From: Selaginella moellendorffii
Taxonomy: Eukaryota > Plantae > Lycopodiophyta
Direction: 5' to 3'
Assembly: GCF_000143415.4 (NCBI RefSeq)
Contig: NW_003314382.1
Location: 212,210-276,209 of the forward strand
Length of the DNA stretch: 64,000 nucleotides
This document shows positions 21,851 to 32,216 of this stretch, in pieces. A model generated the notes under the pieces. It searched no databases. It was not told the origin of the DNA and saw nothing but the letters and a program-made list of their open reading frames with translations. The translations under genes were made by a program, and so were the position numbers. The stretch's first letter is position 1; each line of letters starts with the position of its first letter.

Positions 21851-23725
21851 ATGCTCCTCAGGAATGAGAGGAAACGAGCGAGATCTCTTCTCGATCTGAC
21901 TGGAAGCTCTTTCTCCTCCGAATCATTCGATTGGAAAGAAGCTGCAAGAGCCATCAAAGTCGCCGGCGCAGCCAGGGACCTCGCCCGCTCTCGAATCATC
22001 CACGCCCAAATCAGCGCGAGCAAGACTAACAGAGGCGATCGATTCCTACTCAATCTCCTCATCGAGAGCTATGGAAAATGCCACAGCGCTGCCGACGCAT
22101 TGGCGGTGTTCCAATCGATGCCAATGCCCAACACATTCTCCTATAATCTCCTTATTACAGCATTTGCCCAGGCCGGGCATTTGGAGGAGGCCAGATCCAC
22201 GTTCGAGGAGCTCCCGCTCAAGAGCGTGGTCTCATGGACGGCCATGATCACTGCCTACGCCAATGTCGGACACGTGGACCTCGCGCGATCGTTCTTTGAT
22301 AGAATGCCACAGCCCAATCTCGTTTCCTGGACCGCCATTCTCCAGGGCTATGCCCTAGCTGGGGATCTCGAGGGCGCGCGCCAGATCTTCTACTCCATGC
22401 CGGAGGATCGCGATGCCGTGGCTGTCAACGCGATGATCGTCGCCTACGCGGACAGCGGCCACACGGTCGAGGCGCGGGGCTTGTTCGATGGGATCGTCCA
22501 GGGCAGGGATTTGGTTTCTTGGAACACGATGATCCAGGCGTACGCGACGAGCGGGCGAGTGGAATCCTCGCGATGGATCTTTGAGAGAATGCCGGCCAGG
22601 GATGTGTTCTCGTGGACGGCGCTGCTCACCGCGAACGCCCAGGTGGGTGGAGCGGTGGAGTGCCGCCGGATCTTCGACACCATGCCGGGGAAGAATCTGG
22701 TCTCGTGGAATGGGATGCTGCTGGGTTACAGCCAATCCGGCCAGGCGGATCTCGCGAGAGTCTTGCTCGAGAGAATGCCGTGCTGGGACGAGAATTCGTG
22801 GAACACGGTGATTACAGCGCTTGGGCAGGGTGGAGAGATGGACGCCGCAAGGGATCTGCTAGAGAAGTACCAGGATTTGGGAAGCGTGGTGGTGTGGAGC
22901 GCGCTTGTCAAGGGATTTGCCTTGAATGGGTATCTTGAAGAGGCTGAGAAGCTCTTCCACTCGAGGCTGGATCTAGACACAGTGGCCTGGACGTCGATGC
23001 TCGCTGCTTACGCGCTCAAAGGGCTGATGGACAGAGCTAGAGAAACTTTCGATCGAATGCCCAGCAAGGACTTGGTAGCGTTCACAGCCTTGATCCAAGG
23101 ATATGCCCAGAGCGGGCATATTGCCGAGGCTCGTCGTGTCTTCTCACGGATGCCCAAGAACAGTGCTCTCTCTTGGACAACGATGATTCAAGCGCTCGGA
23201 CAGGCCGGCCAGCTCCAGGAAGCTCGGATACTCTTCGATGCCACTCCCCAGCAGTGTGTGATCGCCTGGACAACGATGATCCAAGCCTATGCTAGCAGCG
23301 GCATGGACGATGAGTCTCTGGAGCTCTTCCGGCTGCTGGATCAAGCTGGGCTGAGGCCAAACACGATCACTTATCTGGGAGTTCTAACTGCTTGCTCTCA
23401 CGCTGGGCTCGTCGACGATGGCCATTACTACTTCGTCTCCATGTCCAGGGACCAGGAGATTGTTCCGAGCGTGGAGCATTTCCACTGCATGGTGGACATC
23501 CTTGCTCGGTCTGGGCGCGTGAGCGATGCCGTGGAGCTCGTGCAGAGTATGCCTTTTGTGCCCGACTCCATGGCATTGACAACGCTGCTCAATTCTTGTC
23601 GAGCGGATGGTGATGTTGGTCGTGGAGCCTCAGTTGCAGAGTCACTTCTTAGAAGCCATCCGGAGAACACGTCGGGATACTCGCTTCTGGCAGGGATTTT
23701 TGCTGGAGCTACAGAGGAGGCCTGA
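21851..23725 (+). CDS. PLS-class PPR protein (short-repeat array, E domain)
   Basis: 624 aa; tandem ~31-aa repeats, PNTITYLGVLTACSHAG, HFHCMVDILARSG; no DYW domain. Confidence 0.95.
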   Translation: MLLRNERKRARSLLDLTGSSFSSESFDWKEAARAIKVAGAARDLARSRIIHAQISASKTNRGDRFLLNLLIESYGKCHSAADALAVFQSMPMPNTFSYNLLITAFAQAGHLEEARSTFEELPLKSVVSWTAMITAYANVGHVDLARSFFDRMPQPNLVSWTAILQGYALAGDLEGARQIFYSMPEDRDAVAVNAMIVAYADSGHTVEARGLFDGIVQGRDLVSWNTMIQAYATSGRVESSRWIFERMPARDVFSWTALLTANAQVGGAVECRRIFDTMPGKNLVSWNGMLLGYSQSGQADLARVLLERMPCWDENSWNTVITALGQGGEMDAARDLLEKYQDLGSVVVWSALVKGFALNGYLEEAEKLFHSRLDLDTVAWTSMLAAYALKGLMDRARETFDRMPSKDLVAFTALIQGYAQSGHIAEARRVFSRMPKNSALSWTTMIQALGQAGQLQEARILFDATPQQCVIAWTTMIQAYASSGMDDESLELFRLLDQAGLRPNTITYLGVLTACSHAGLVDDGHYYFVSMSRDQEIVPSVEHFHCMVDILARSGRVSDAVELVQSMPFVPDSMALTTLLNSCRADGDVGRGASVAESLLRSHPENTSGYSLLAGIFAGATEEA

Positions 23726-23965
23726 GAATTTCGGAAGAATCAAGTAAGAGATTGATTCATATTTGGCTTCTAAAACTTGGTTTTTCTTTCTTCCAGTGGC
23801 TAGTTGCTTTGCTTGGCTTCTAGGTGCATGGTAAGAAAGTTTTTTTTCTTTCTTTCGTTCTTATAAGTTTTTATGCTGTTACAGGAGGTCGCTTTCTAGA
23901 AGTAAGAAAAAATCAACGGTATGTTTGTCTAGAAGTTTTGACTGAGATTTTTTTTTGTTGTGGCT

Positions 23966-25217
23966 ATGGCCGTCTCTGTACAGGGCTCAGCGCTAGGACA
24001 ATTGCGTCTTGGGAGCGCAATTGTGACACCAAAAGGATCAAAACTTTGCTTCACTTCATTGCGTAAATTTTCTCCAAAGGCCGCGCTTGCTGAGAAACCA
24101 GCACCAACAAAGGTACATTTCCTCCTTCTAGTTCCCAACCAAGCTAGTTGTAGCTGTTTGTTAGACTGGATCTTGGTCGTGGAGGCACAACAATTCCTCC
24201 TTGAAAATCAATTTTGTCGAGCAATCCAGTGTTGGAGACAAATGCCTGCTACTACTTCCAACTGTGTCGGACGTGAGCACCACGGAAGAATGGAAAGCCG
24301 TGTCTCAAGATATCGTCACAAAGGACAGTTCGTGGAGGTCTGTGATTGTGGATTGGCCGGGATTTGGCCTCTCGGACAGGCCAGCGATAGACTACACTGC
24401 TGATACCTTGGAAAAGTTCCTCGTAGACTTTGTCATGGCTCAAGATGGACCTCTTGGAAGCACAACAGGTCAGTGTACATTTTTTTCTTTGCTCTAGAAC
24501 TCTAGTGCAAGAGTTAACTAGTTTCTTATACTCCAGCTCCAGTGATTGCCGGAGGTGGTCATGCTGCAACCATTGCCGCAAAGGCCATCGCCGGAGGAAA
24601 GATAAATGCCCGAGCTTTGGTTGCGGTAGCTCCAACATGGGCCGGACCTTTGCCAATTGTTTTCGGACAAAGTCCCGATGCCGTATCCAAGTAAGCAGTG
24701 CTTAGTTCCAAAGTCATTCTTTTCTTTCTCAACTTTATCGCTTTTGCCATTGTTTACGCACAGGTATGGATTCCTTCGAGGAGCTTTGCGAGCTCCTGCC
24801 GTGGGCTGGGCTCTTTACAACGCACTCGTGAGCAGCCGGAGCAACATACGAAAACAGTACGAAAGTCACGTCTACTCAGAGTCGAGCAACGTGACTGACG
24901 CCATCGTCGATAGCCGCCTCGCTCTCACCAAGCTCCCGGGAGCTCGCTACGCTCCTGCGGCCTTTCTCACTGGCCTGCTTGATCCAGTGAAGAGCCGGGA
25001 AGAATTTGTGGAGCTGTTTGGCGCTCTGGACGGGAAAGTCCCAGCGTTGGTCATGGTTTCCACGGCCAGTCCGAGGCGCTCCAGAGCCGAGATGGAAGCT
25101 CTCCGGGATGCCAAGGGTGTGGCCAAGCTTGTGGAAATTCCAGGAGCTCTCTTGGCACACGAGGAGTTCCCTGGACGAGTTGCTAGTGAGCTCTATGAAT
25201 TCCTCTCAAATCTATGA
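23966..25217 (+). CDS. Alpha/beta-hydrolase-fold protein, probably plastid-targeted, multi-exon
   Basis: LLLPTVSDVSTTEEW, VDWPGFGLSDRPAIDY, VIAGGGHAA, VAVAPTWAGPLP, PGALLAHEEFP; GT-AG introns link the ORF pieces. Confidence 0.85.
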
Positions 25218-25992
25218 ATTGGAAGTTTGGCCCATAAAGTTTCTCTCATATCATGTGTCAAACAAAGAGTTCCTCGCTAATCTATGAATGAAAGTTTCCT
25301 CTTTGATAGTTTCTGCCAATAGTTTTCTCGATCGTGTCAAGCAATGAGTGACTTGTGTCCATCGTGATCTCATATTCTTCTTCTCGTCAACAATTCATTG
25401 ACTTTGCCATAATCAACTAGTGTTGACCATAGTTATACCACCTTTCATAGAGGTTTCTAACGAACACAGCAATGCAGCTACGTGGTGCTAGTCTTTGCAT
25501 GCAACACATATACTCATAAGCCACGTGGTAAATACACGCGACTTCTACTTTCGCCGGCGCGAATATTCGCTGGTGGCCACCCACAATTTCCCGCTCTCGG
25601 ACTACCTGTCGTGGCGAGTCCACAGCCGTCGGATCTCCCATCCAACGGCCCACAACACCCCGGCTGCACCCCTTGGTGATCTGGTGTTCTTCCTCGCTGA
25701 CTAGAAAAATGCGCGGCGAGGGCGGCCATTGTAGAGGAAGCGTGGACGCGAAGGATCACAGCGCGTGGGGGTTGGATTGCCGCTGCCGCCATCGCCGCGA
25801 CGACACCAGATCGAGAGCACTCAACCGCAGTGGGGCCGAGGTTGGATCTTCCTTCTTCCTGTTCCTAGGGTTTTGCAACGCGTCGAGTACCAGCAGTGGC
25901 CGCGCTCTCGTTTCTTGCTCGAGCCAAGCTCCAATCCGGCTTCTCTCCAGGTGAAATCTTGAGCCAGTCCCGTTGTGGCAAGGATTTGATCC

Positions 25993-28900
25993 ATGGCGAT
26001 GGCGGCCGCGAGCACGTCGAACACGATTCACCAGGCGCGCATTTTCGAGCACGGCAGCTCGTCCCCGCGATGTAATCTGGGCAGCCCCGTGTACTACCAC
26101 AGCAGACCCCCTCCATCGGCGGCAGCGGCGGCGCTGAGGAAGTCGAGCTGCGCGGCGTTCCTCCAATCGCGCGGGTATCAGCACGAAGGATTGAGGAGGT
26201 GCTCCACCGCCATCGATTTCCTCCGCCCAGTTTCATTCTCCGAGGGATTCGATCAGGCAGTCTCGAGTTCTTTGATAGCAAGAAGTCCCGGCGAGGCTAG
26301 AGCTGGTTGCCGGGGCGTCGTGAGCGCGGTCTTTGAGCGATTCACGGAGAGAGCTATCAAGTCCATCATGCTCGCCCAGAGGGAGGCCAAGCTGTTTGGA
26401 AAGAAGGACGTGGGGACCGAGCAGCTGCTGCTGGGATTGATTGCCGAGGAGAGGAATGGAGAAGGATTTCTCGGGTCTGGCGTTACCATCGACCGAGCCA
26501 GGGAGGCCTTGAAGAACTTGCTCCAGGAGAGCAATCAAACGTTTGTCACGTCCGATAAGCAAGCGTCCGAGATTCCTTTCTCGAGTGGAAGCAAGAGGGT
26601 GTTTGAGGCGGCGCTGGAGCAGTCCAAGAAGATGGGACATAACTACATCACCCCGGAGCATATAGCGCTTGCTCTTTTCACGGTGGACGATGGGGGAGCT
26701 ACAAAGATTCTTGACAAGTACGTGATAGATAGTTAGAAAATGGTTGATTGAGTGTGGCTGACTCCGTTTTTGCGTGTTTCTTTCAGGCTTGGATTGAAAA
26801 CGCAAAAGCTACAAGCTGAGTCAATCGTGAGACTACAGGGAGAACTTGCCAAGGACGGAAGAACACCGCCTCCTGCTATGAGTTTGCCAGCCAAGTCTGG
26901 AGCTACAGCGGCTTCGTCAAGCAAGCGTCCTGGTAGAAAAGGTTCGCTCTTTACTTATTAGTTTGCTTTCGATGCTTGTCGTCTTACCACGCCGTCTTCT
27001 AGAAAAAGGTGCTCTCAACGATTTTTGTGTGGATCTTACCTTACGTGCTAGTGACGGGAAAATTGATCCTGTTATTGGCCGAGACAGTGAAGTGCAAAGA
27101 GTTGTACAGATTCTAGCAAGAAGAACCAAAAACAATCCCATCTTGCTTGGGGAGCCTGGCGTTGGCAAGACAGCGATTGCTGAAGGCCTTGCCATACGTA
27201 TTGCGAGTGGAAACGTTCCAGAGTTTCTCACGGTGAGTAGATTTTTAAACTGCGGTGAAGTTTACTTATTCTTGCTTGCGCATACAGGGGAAGCGAGTGA
27301 TGTCTCTGGATATGGGATTGCTTCTTGCTGGAGCTAAGGAGCGTGGTGAACTAGAATCTCGGGTTACAAGCCTCATAGAGGAAACGCGAAAAGCAGGTGA
27401 AGTTTTCCGTTTATTTATACTTAGAATGCTGTATCTGACATGCTTGATATCACCAGGCAATGTTATACTTCTTATAGACGAAGTCCATACGCTCGTTGGG
27501 TCGGGTTCTGTTGGTGGAAGAGGTGGAAATAATGGGGCAGGCTTGGACATTGCGAATCTATTGAAGCCTGCATTAGCGAGAGGCGAACTTCAGGTAAAGA
27601 TAATGTTTTCAGTGTTAATAACGATTATGCTTACGCTTTTTTCTTCAGTGTATAGGTGCCACAACACTCGACGAGCATAGAAAACACATTGAAAAAGATA
27701 AAGCGCTAGCAAGGAGGTTTCAACCTGTTATTGTAAATGAACCTAGTCAGGTTTGTGTTGATACTTGGTATATGTTGTTGTTGACGATTTTTTTGGTTTG
27801 CAGGAAGACGCTGTAAAGATTCTTTTAGGAATACGTGATAGATACGAAGAGTATCACAAATGTAGAATTACACAGGAAGCAGTTGATGCGGCTGTATATT
27901 TGTCGTCGAGATACATAGCTGATCGATACCTTCCCGACAAAGCGATTGATTTGATCGACGAGGCTGGCAGTAGAGCCCGAATTGATGCGTTTAAGCGCAG
28001 GAAAGAAGAGCGAGTCAGCATTCTTTCCAAGACACCTAGCGAGTACTGGCAAGCAATTCGGGCTGTCCAGGCTGCTCAAGAAGCTGTAAGTGACCTTTAT
28101 TTTGCTTGTCGTGCCGAAAGTTGTTCTAACAATTCTTTTTCAGGCCTTTGTTCCGCAAAGTGCTCTTGGGGACTCGGAGTATCTTATTGAAAGTGCTGCA
28201 AACACTTTACCAAAGGCTGTAGATATCGACCAAGAGTCAGTTTCTTTACCTGTAAATGAACTAATGGAAGGGTATGCACTACTTTTGTTTGTTCTCCGTT
28301 TCTTAAGCTTTGTTTCTGTCTGCAGCTCGGTGATAGTTGGACCTTCAGAAATAGCAGCTGTGACGTCCATGTGGTCTGGTATTCCGATTGAGCAACTTAC
28401 CTCGGACGAGCAACTGAAGCTTATTAATCTGGAGAAGTTGCTGCAAACGCGTGTTGTTGGCCAAGATGATGCAGTGAATGCCATATCGCGAGCAGTTCGC
28501 AGGGCACGAGTCGGACTTAAGGATCCAAGTCGGCCGATCGCTGCCATGCTTTTCTGCGGGCCAACCGGTGTAGGAAAAACGGAGCTTACAAAAGCTCTTG
28601 CTCAGCACTTCTTTGGAGCCGTAAGTCCTTTCATACGCATGCACATATGGCGCCTTACCACGGTTTTTTTCTTCCAGGAGGACGCCATGATAAGGTTGGA
28701 TATGAGCGAGTACATGGAGCGTCATACTGTGAGCAAGCTTATCGGTTCTCCTCCCGGATATGTTGGATATGGCGAGGGTGGAACGCTGACAGAGGCTGTT
28801 CGCAAGAGGCCCTTCACTGTTATTCTCTTGGACGAGATCGAGAAAGCTCATCCCGATATCTTCAACATGCTTTTGCAAATTTTTGAGGACGGTCGCCTTA

Positions 28901-29586
28901 CCGATTCACAGGTAAAGCATTTTCCGTAATGCCTGTAAGCTGACCTGCTGGATTCTACAGGGCCGCGTCGTCTCTTTCAGGAACTCGCTTTTGATAATGA
29001 CATCCAACGTTGGCTCCTCGGCCATAGCAAGAGGAGGAAGCGGCAAGATCGGTTTCTCGTTCGCGGAAGGTGGCGACGAAGACTACACAAACCTCAAAGG
29101 TCTGGTGATGGACGAGCTGAAAAACTTCTTCAGGCCTGAGCTACTCAACAGAATAGACGAAGTGGTTGTCTTCAGATCGCTAGAGAAAGCTCAGGTGAGA
29201 GATAAGTCTCTCATCCCTTTGCGTACGTCGTAACACTTCTTTTGCAGGTCCGTGCCATTGTTGACATGATGCTAGCCGAGACGAAAGAGAGGCTCGCCAA
29301 GCGAGGCATCAATCTGGAGGTGTCGGAAGCAGCCGTGAAGCTGGTTTGCGACGAGGGCTACGACAAAGCTTACGGAGCTCGTCCCTTGCGGCGAGCGGTC
29401 ACCAGGATCATCGAAGACGCGGTGAGCGAGTCTCTCCTCTCGTCACACTACAGCGAAGGCGATACAGCGCTGCTAGACCTGGACGCCAGTGGCAACCCGG
29501 TGGTAGTCCAGCACTCGAAACCAGATAGGTGCGACCATGGCTTGTGCGTCCAGGTGCGAGCTCCAGTCTCGGTTGCTTCCAGCTGA
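25993..29586 (+). CDS. clpD: Chloroplast Hsp100 chaperone ClpD (ERD1-like), multi-exon
   Basis: Transit peptide; [10 protein letters not shown] Clp-N domain; Walker A motifs GEPGVGKT and GPTGVGKT; ClpD-type [18 protein letters not shown] segment; YGARPLRR. Confidence 0.93.
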
Positions 29587-30450
29587 TCTTCACGCGTACA
29601 GAAATAAGATTCTTGTGAAGATGAAACAATACTGTGTATAGAATCTATGGACGAAGAAGGAACCTATGAAATGGTACCTTGTAATGGCTAAATCGCGCAA
29701 AATTGCAAAGAGAGATTGATGTTTTGTAAAGAAACGGTGGAAGGATCATTCGTGTTTTGAGCTTAGATTGAGTGACAACCCCATGCAACCATAGTCCAAG
29801 TCAATGCTGCTAAAAACTCTCTAAAGTGTTAATTATCAAGATTCGAACCCCCGACGTGCTTTTTGCCCGAAGTGTTAACTGACTGGTCTAACCTGTTTTA
29901 TTGAGCTGGCGGAGCAATATTTGGGGTATTTCTTCCGTAAAAGATTTTCGCATAAAGTCCTTGTTAATTGGACCCTCGGCCGCCTCGAAGCCGGGTCATC
30001 TACTTCCGGTCCACCTCTACACTTACCCGATAACCAATTCCTCAGCAACCGGGCTCGCGTTAATTTAACATCATACCATGTAGTTAACCGATATGGACGA
30101 GGATTGGCCTCTTCCAAGATGCTTGACGCCGAGAAGAAGATCCACCGCATAGCAAGCGGCACCTGGTGGGATCACTGCGCGAATTCTATGACTCGGTGGT
30201 GGTGGACCGTGCGACTATGGCATGTGTCTTGGTTGCTTCCAGCTGATCTTCACGGCACAGAAATAAGATTCTTGTGAAGATGAAACCAAAAAATGTGTAT
30301 AGAAGAAGGAACTTCGAGCCTATGAAATGGTACTGTCTTCAGGTATCTAGATCACGCAAAGTTGCGGAGAGAGATTGATGTCTTGTGAAGAAACTGTGTA
30401 GACTTTAGAGGAAGGATCGTTCGCGTTGTTAAAACACGAGCTAAGATACG
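29498..30450 (+). repeat. Direct duplication (~270 bp) of the ClpD-end/PPR-end junction
   Basis: GGTTGCTTCCAGCTGATCTTCACG...CAGAAATAAGATTCTTGTGAAGATGAAAC at ~29571 and ~30231; similarity continues through GAGAGATTGATGT and GGAAGGATC. Confidence 0.85.
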
Positions 30451-32122
30451 ATGTCAAGGGTTCCACTGGTGGCCACACGGGCATGTTTTCCAGCAAATCA
30501 GATGCTCTTGACAACCTTCCAGATCGACCAAGCGCGTCAACAATGCAACCATAGTGCTCCATCGCCGGTACCAGATTGTAATCCAGCACCATCGAAACGA
30601 AGGAGTTTCTAGCTTCCTCGACTCGCCCAGTGTGGCTGTAGGCGCTCAAGACAGTGACGAAGGTGATACCATCTGGATCGAATCCCAGCTGTTGCATCGC
30701 CCAGAAGTTCTCGACGGCATCCCGATGGTATCCTCCCCGGCCATAGGCAGCAAGCAGTGAGTTCCAGGAAACGATCTCCTTGAAAGGGATTCGATCGAAG
30801 AGCTTTTTTGCCTCTGAGATATGCCCAACTCGGGCATACGCTTCGACCATCGCGATCCATGATGTCAAGTCTGGCTCGTGGAGGTGGTCAAACAGGAATC
30901 TTGCCTCTTTGATCTCTCCGGCCGAGGCGTGGGATTCGAGCATCGCGGTCCAGGAGATTACACTCCACTGCGGCATTCGCTCAAACACCCTGCGTGCTTG
31001 ATCTACAAGTTTCTCGCGAGCAAACGCAGACATCATAGCGTTGCAAGAGATCACATCCACCCTGGGGGAGTAATCAAAGAAATATATCGCTTCTTGGAGG
31101 TTTCCAATCTGTGCGTAGCGGACTAGCATCAAACACCACGTCTCGACTCCGTGGCATGGCATTTTCTCAAACAATTCTCGCGCCATTAGCAAATGCCCGT
31201 CTTGGGCATTTGCTGCAACCATTGCATGCCATATTACCATGTCCCGTTGTGGCGTTTCTTTGAAAAACAATCTTGCTTTTTCTAGCAGCCCGTTTTCCGC
31301 CAAAGCTGCAACCATGGCAGTCCACGAGAAAACGTTTCGCATTGGCATCATGTCAAATAGTTGCTCTAATGCACCAAGATGCCCTTTCCGGGCATATACT
31401 TGCAAAAGTGCTGTCCAAGAAACCACATCCCTCTCGAGCATGGAATCAAAGATTCGTTTTGCTGACGGAACGTTACCGACCTGGGCATATGCCGTCATTA
31501 TTGACGAGCAAGGCGCAATGCTCCAGCTTGGCATTCTCGCAAAAACACCCTCTGCCATTGCCGTTTGCCCGTCATAGGCATATGCCGTGAGCAACGCCGT
31601 CCATGCCACAACGTTTCTTTGTTGCATATTCGCGAATAAGGCCCTCGCTTCGGACAAATGCGCAGTCTTGGCAAATGCTGTCACAAGTACCGTACACGTG
31701 GCGGCATCTCGTTGAGGCATTTTCTGGAACGCTCTGGATGCCTCGAATATTTGCCCATGCTTGGAATGAGCTTGTATCAACGCCGTCCAGGACACGACGA
31801 CGCGGACGGTCATCCAGTGGAACACGTGTCGCGCTTCCTGTATATGCCCAGTTTGGGCATATGCTGTGATAAGGATATTCCAGGAGTAGACATTGGGGTG
31901 GTGGAGGGAATCAAAGGCGCCCTTGGCATCTTCTATGCTGCCACATTTGCCGTACATGTCTACGATCCAATTCCCTAATAGCCTGCTCTTGGCGAGGAGC
32001 GCTGGGATGATTTGCCGGAGGCGCGAATGCAGCTCCCTGGCCTGGCGAAGATCCTTGCTCCTGGCGACTGATCGGATGAGATCGCAAGCAGCGATGGAAT
32101 CCAGCCTCGAAAAGCTTGATCG
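30347..32122 (-). CDS. PLS-class PPR protein; true start unresolved
   Basis: 536-aa ORF from 31957; the frame stays open upstream (DLIRSVARSKDLRQARELHSRL...LLGNWIVD) to a TAA near 32125 with no ATG. Confidence 0.85.
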   Translation of the reverse strand, partial: RSSFSRLDSIAACDLIRSVARSKDLRQARELHSRLRQIIPALLAKSRLLGNWIVDMYGKCGSIEDAKGAFDSLHHPNVYSWNILITAYAQTGHIQEARHVFHWMTVRVVVSWTALIQAHSKHGQIFEASRAFQKMPQRDAATCTVLVTAFAKTAHLSEARALFANMQQRNVVAWTALLTAYAYDGQTAMAEGVFARMPSWSIAPCSSIMTAYAQVGNVPSAKRIFDSMLERDVVSWTALLQVYARKGHLGALEQLFDMMPMRNVFSWTAMVAALAENGLLEKARLFFKETPQRDMVIWHAMVAANAQDGHLLMARELFEKMPCHGVETWCLMLVRYAQIGNLQEAIYFFDYSPRVDVISCNAMMSAFAREKLVDQARRVFERMPQWSVISWTAMLESHASAGEIKEARFLFDHLHEPDLTSWIAMVEAYARVGHISEAKKLFDRIPFKEIVSWNSLLAAYGRGGYHRDAVENFWAMQQLGFDPDGITFVTVLSAYSHTGRVEEARNSFVSMVLDYNLVPAMEHYGCIVDALGRSGRLSRASDLLENMPVWPPVEPLTSYLSSCFNNANDPSSKVYTVSSQDINLSPQLCVI

Positions 32123-32216
32123 TTATCGAGTGTTTCTTCCCAAAAAATTTCTTGCAAGGAATATTTTCAATGGTCACACTTGGCAGTGGCGGCAAGAGCC
32201 CTAGGCGGCGCCCGGG

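Noticed and set aside
1997-25217. Biosynthetic gene cluster (OMTs + glycosyltransferase + hydrolase)
   Set aside because: GT90 is a secretory-pathway protein/glycan transferase, the hydrolase looks plastidial, and there is no scaffold-forming enzyme; the genes are interspersed with unrelated ones.
1474-27560. Single large inverted segmental duplication explaining both the OMT and ClpD copies
   Set aside because: A single inversion would reverse their order, but OMT precedes ClpD in both places and the intervening genes are not duplicated; independent events are more likely.
29838-29915. Possible tRNA or SINE on the minus strand (GGGGGTTCGAATC B-box-like, GCTCCGCCAGCTCAA 5'-like)
   Set aside because: No acceptor-stem complement or anticodon arm can be formed; at most a degenerate relic.
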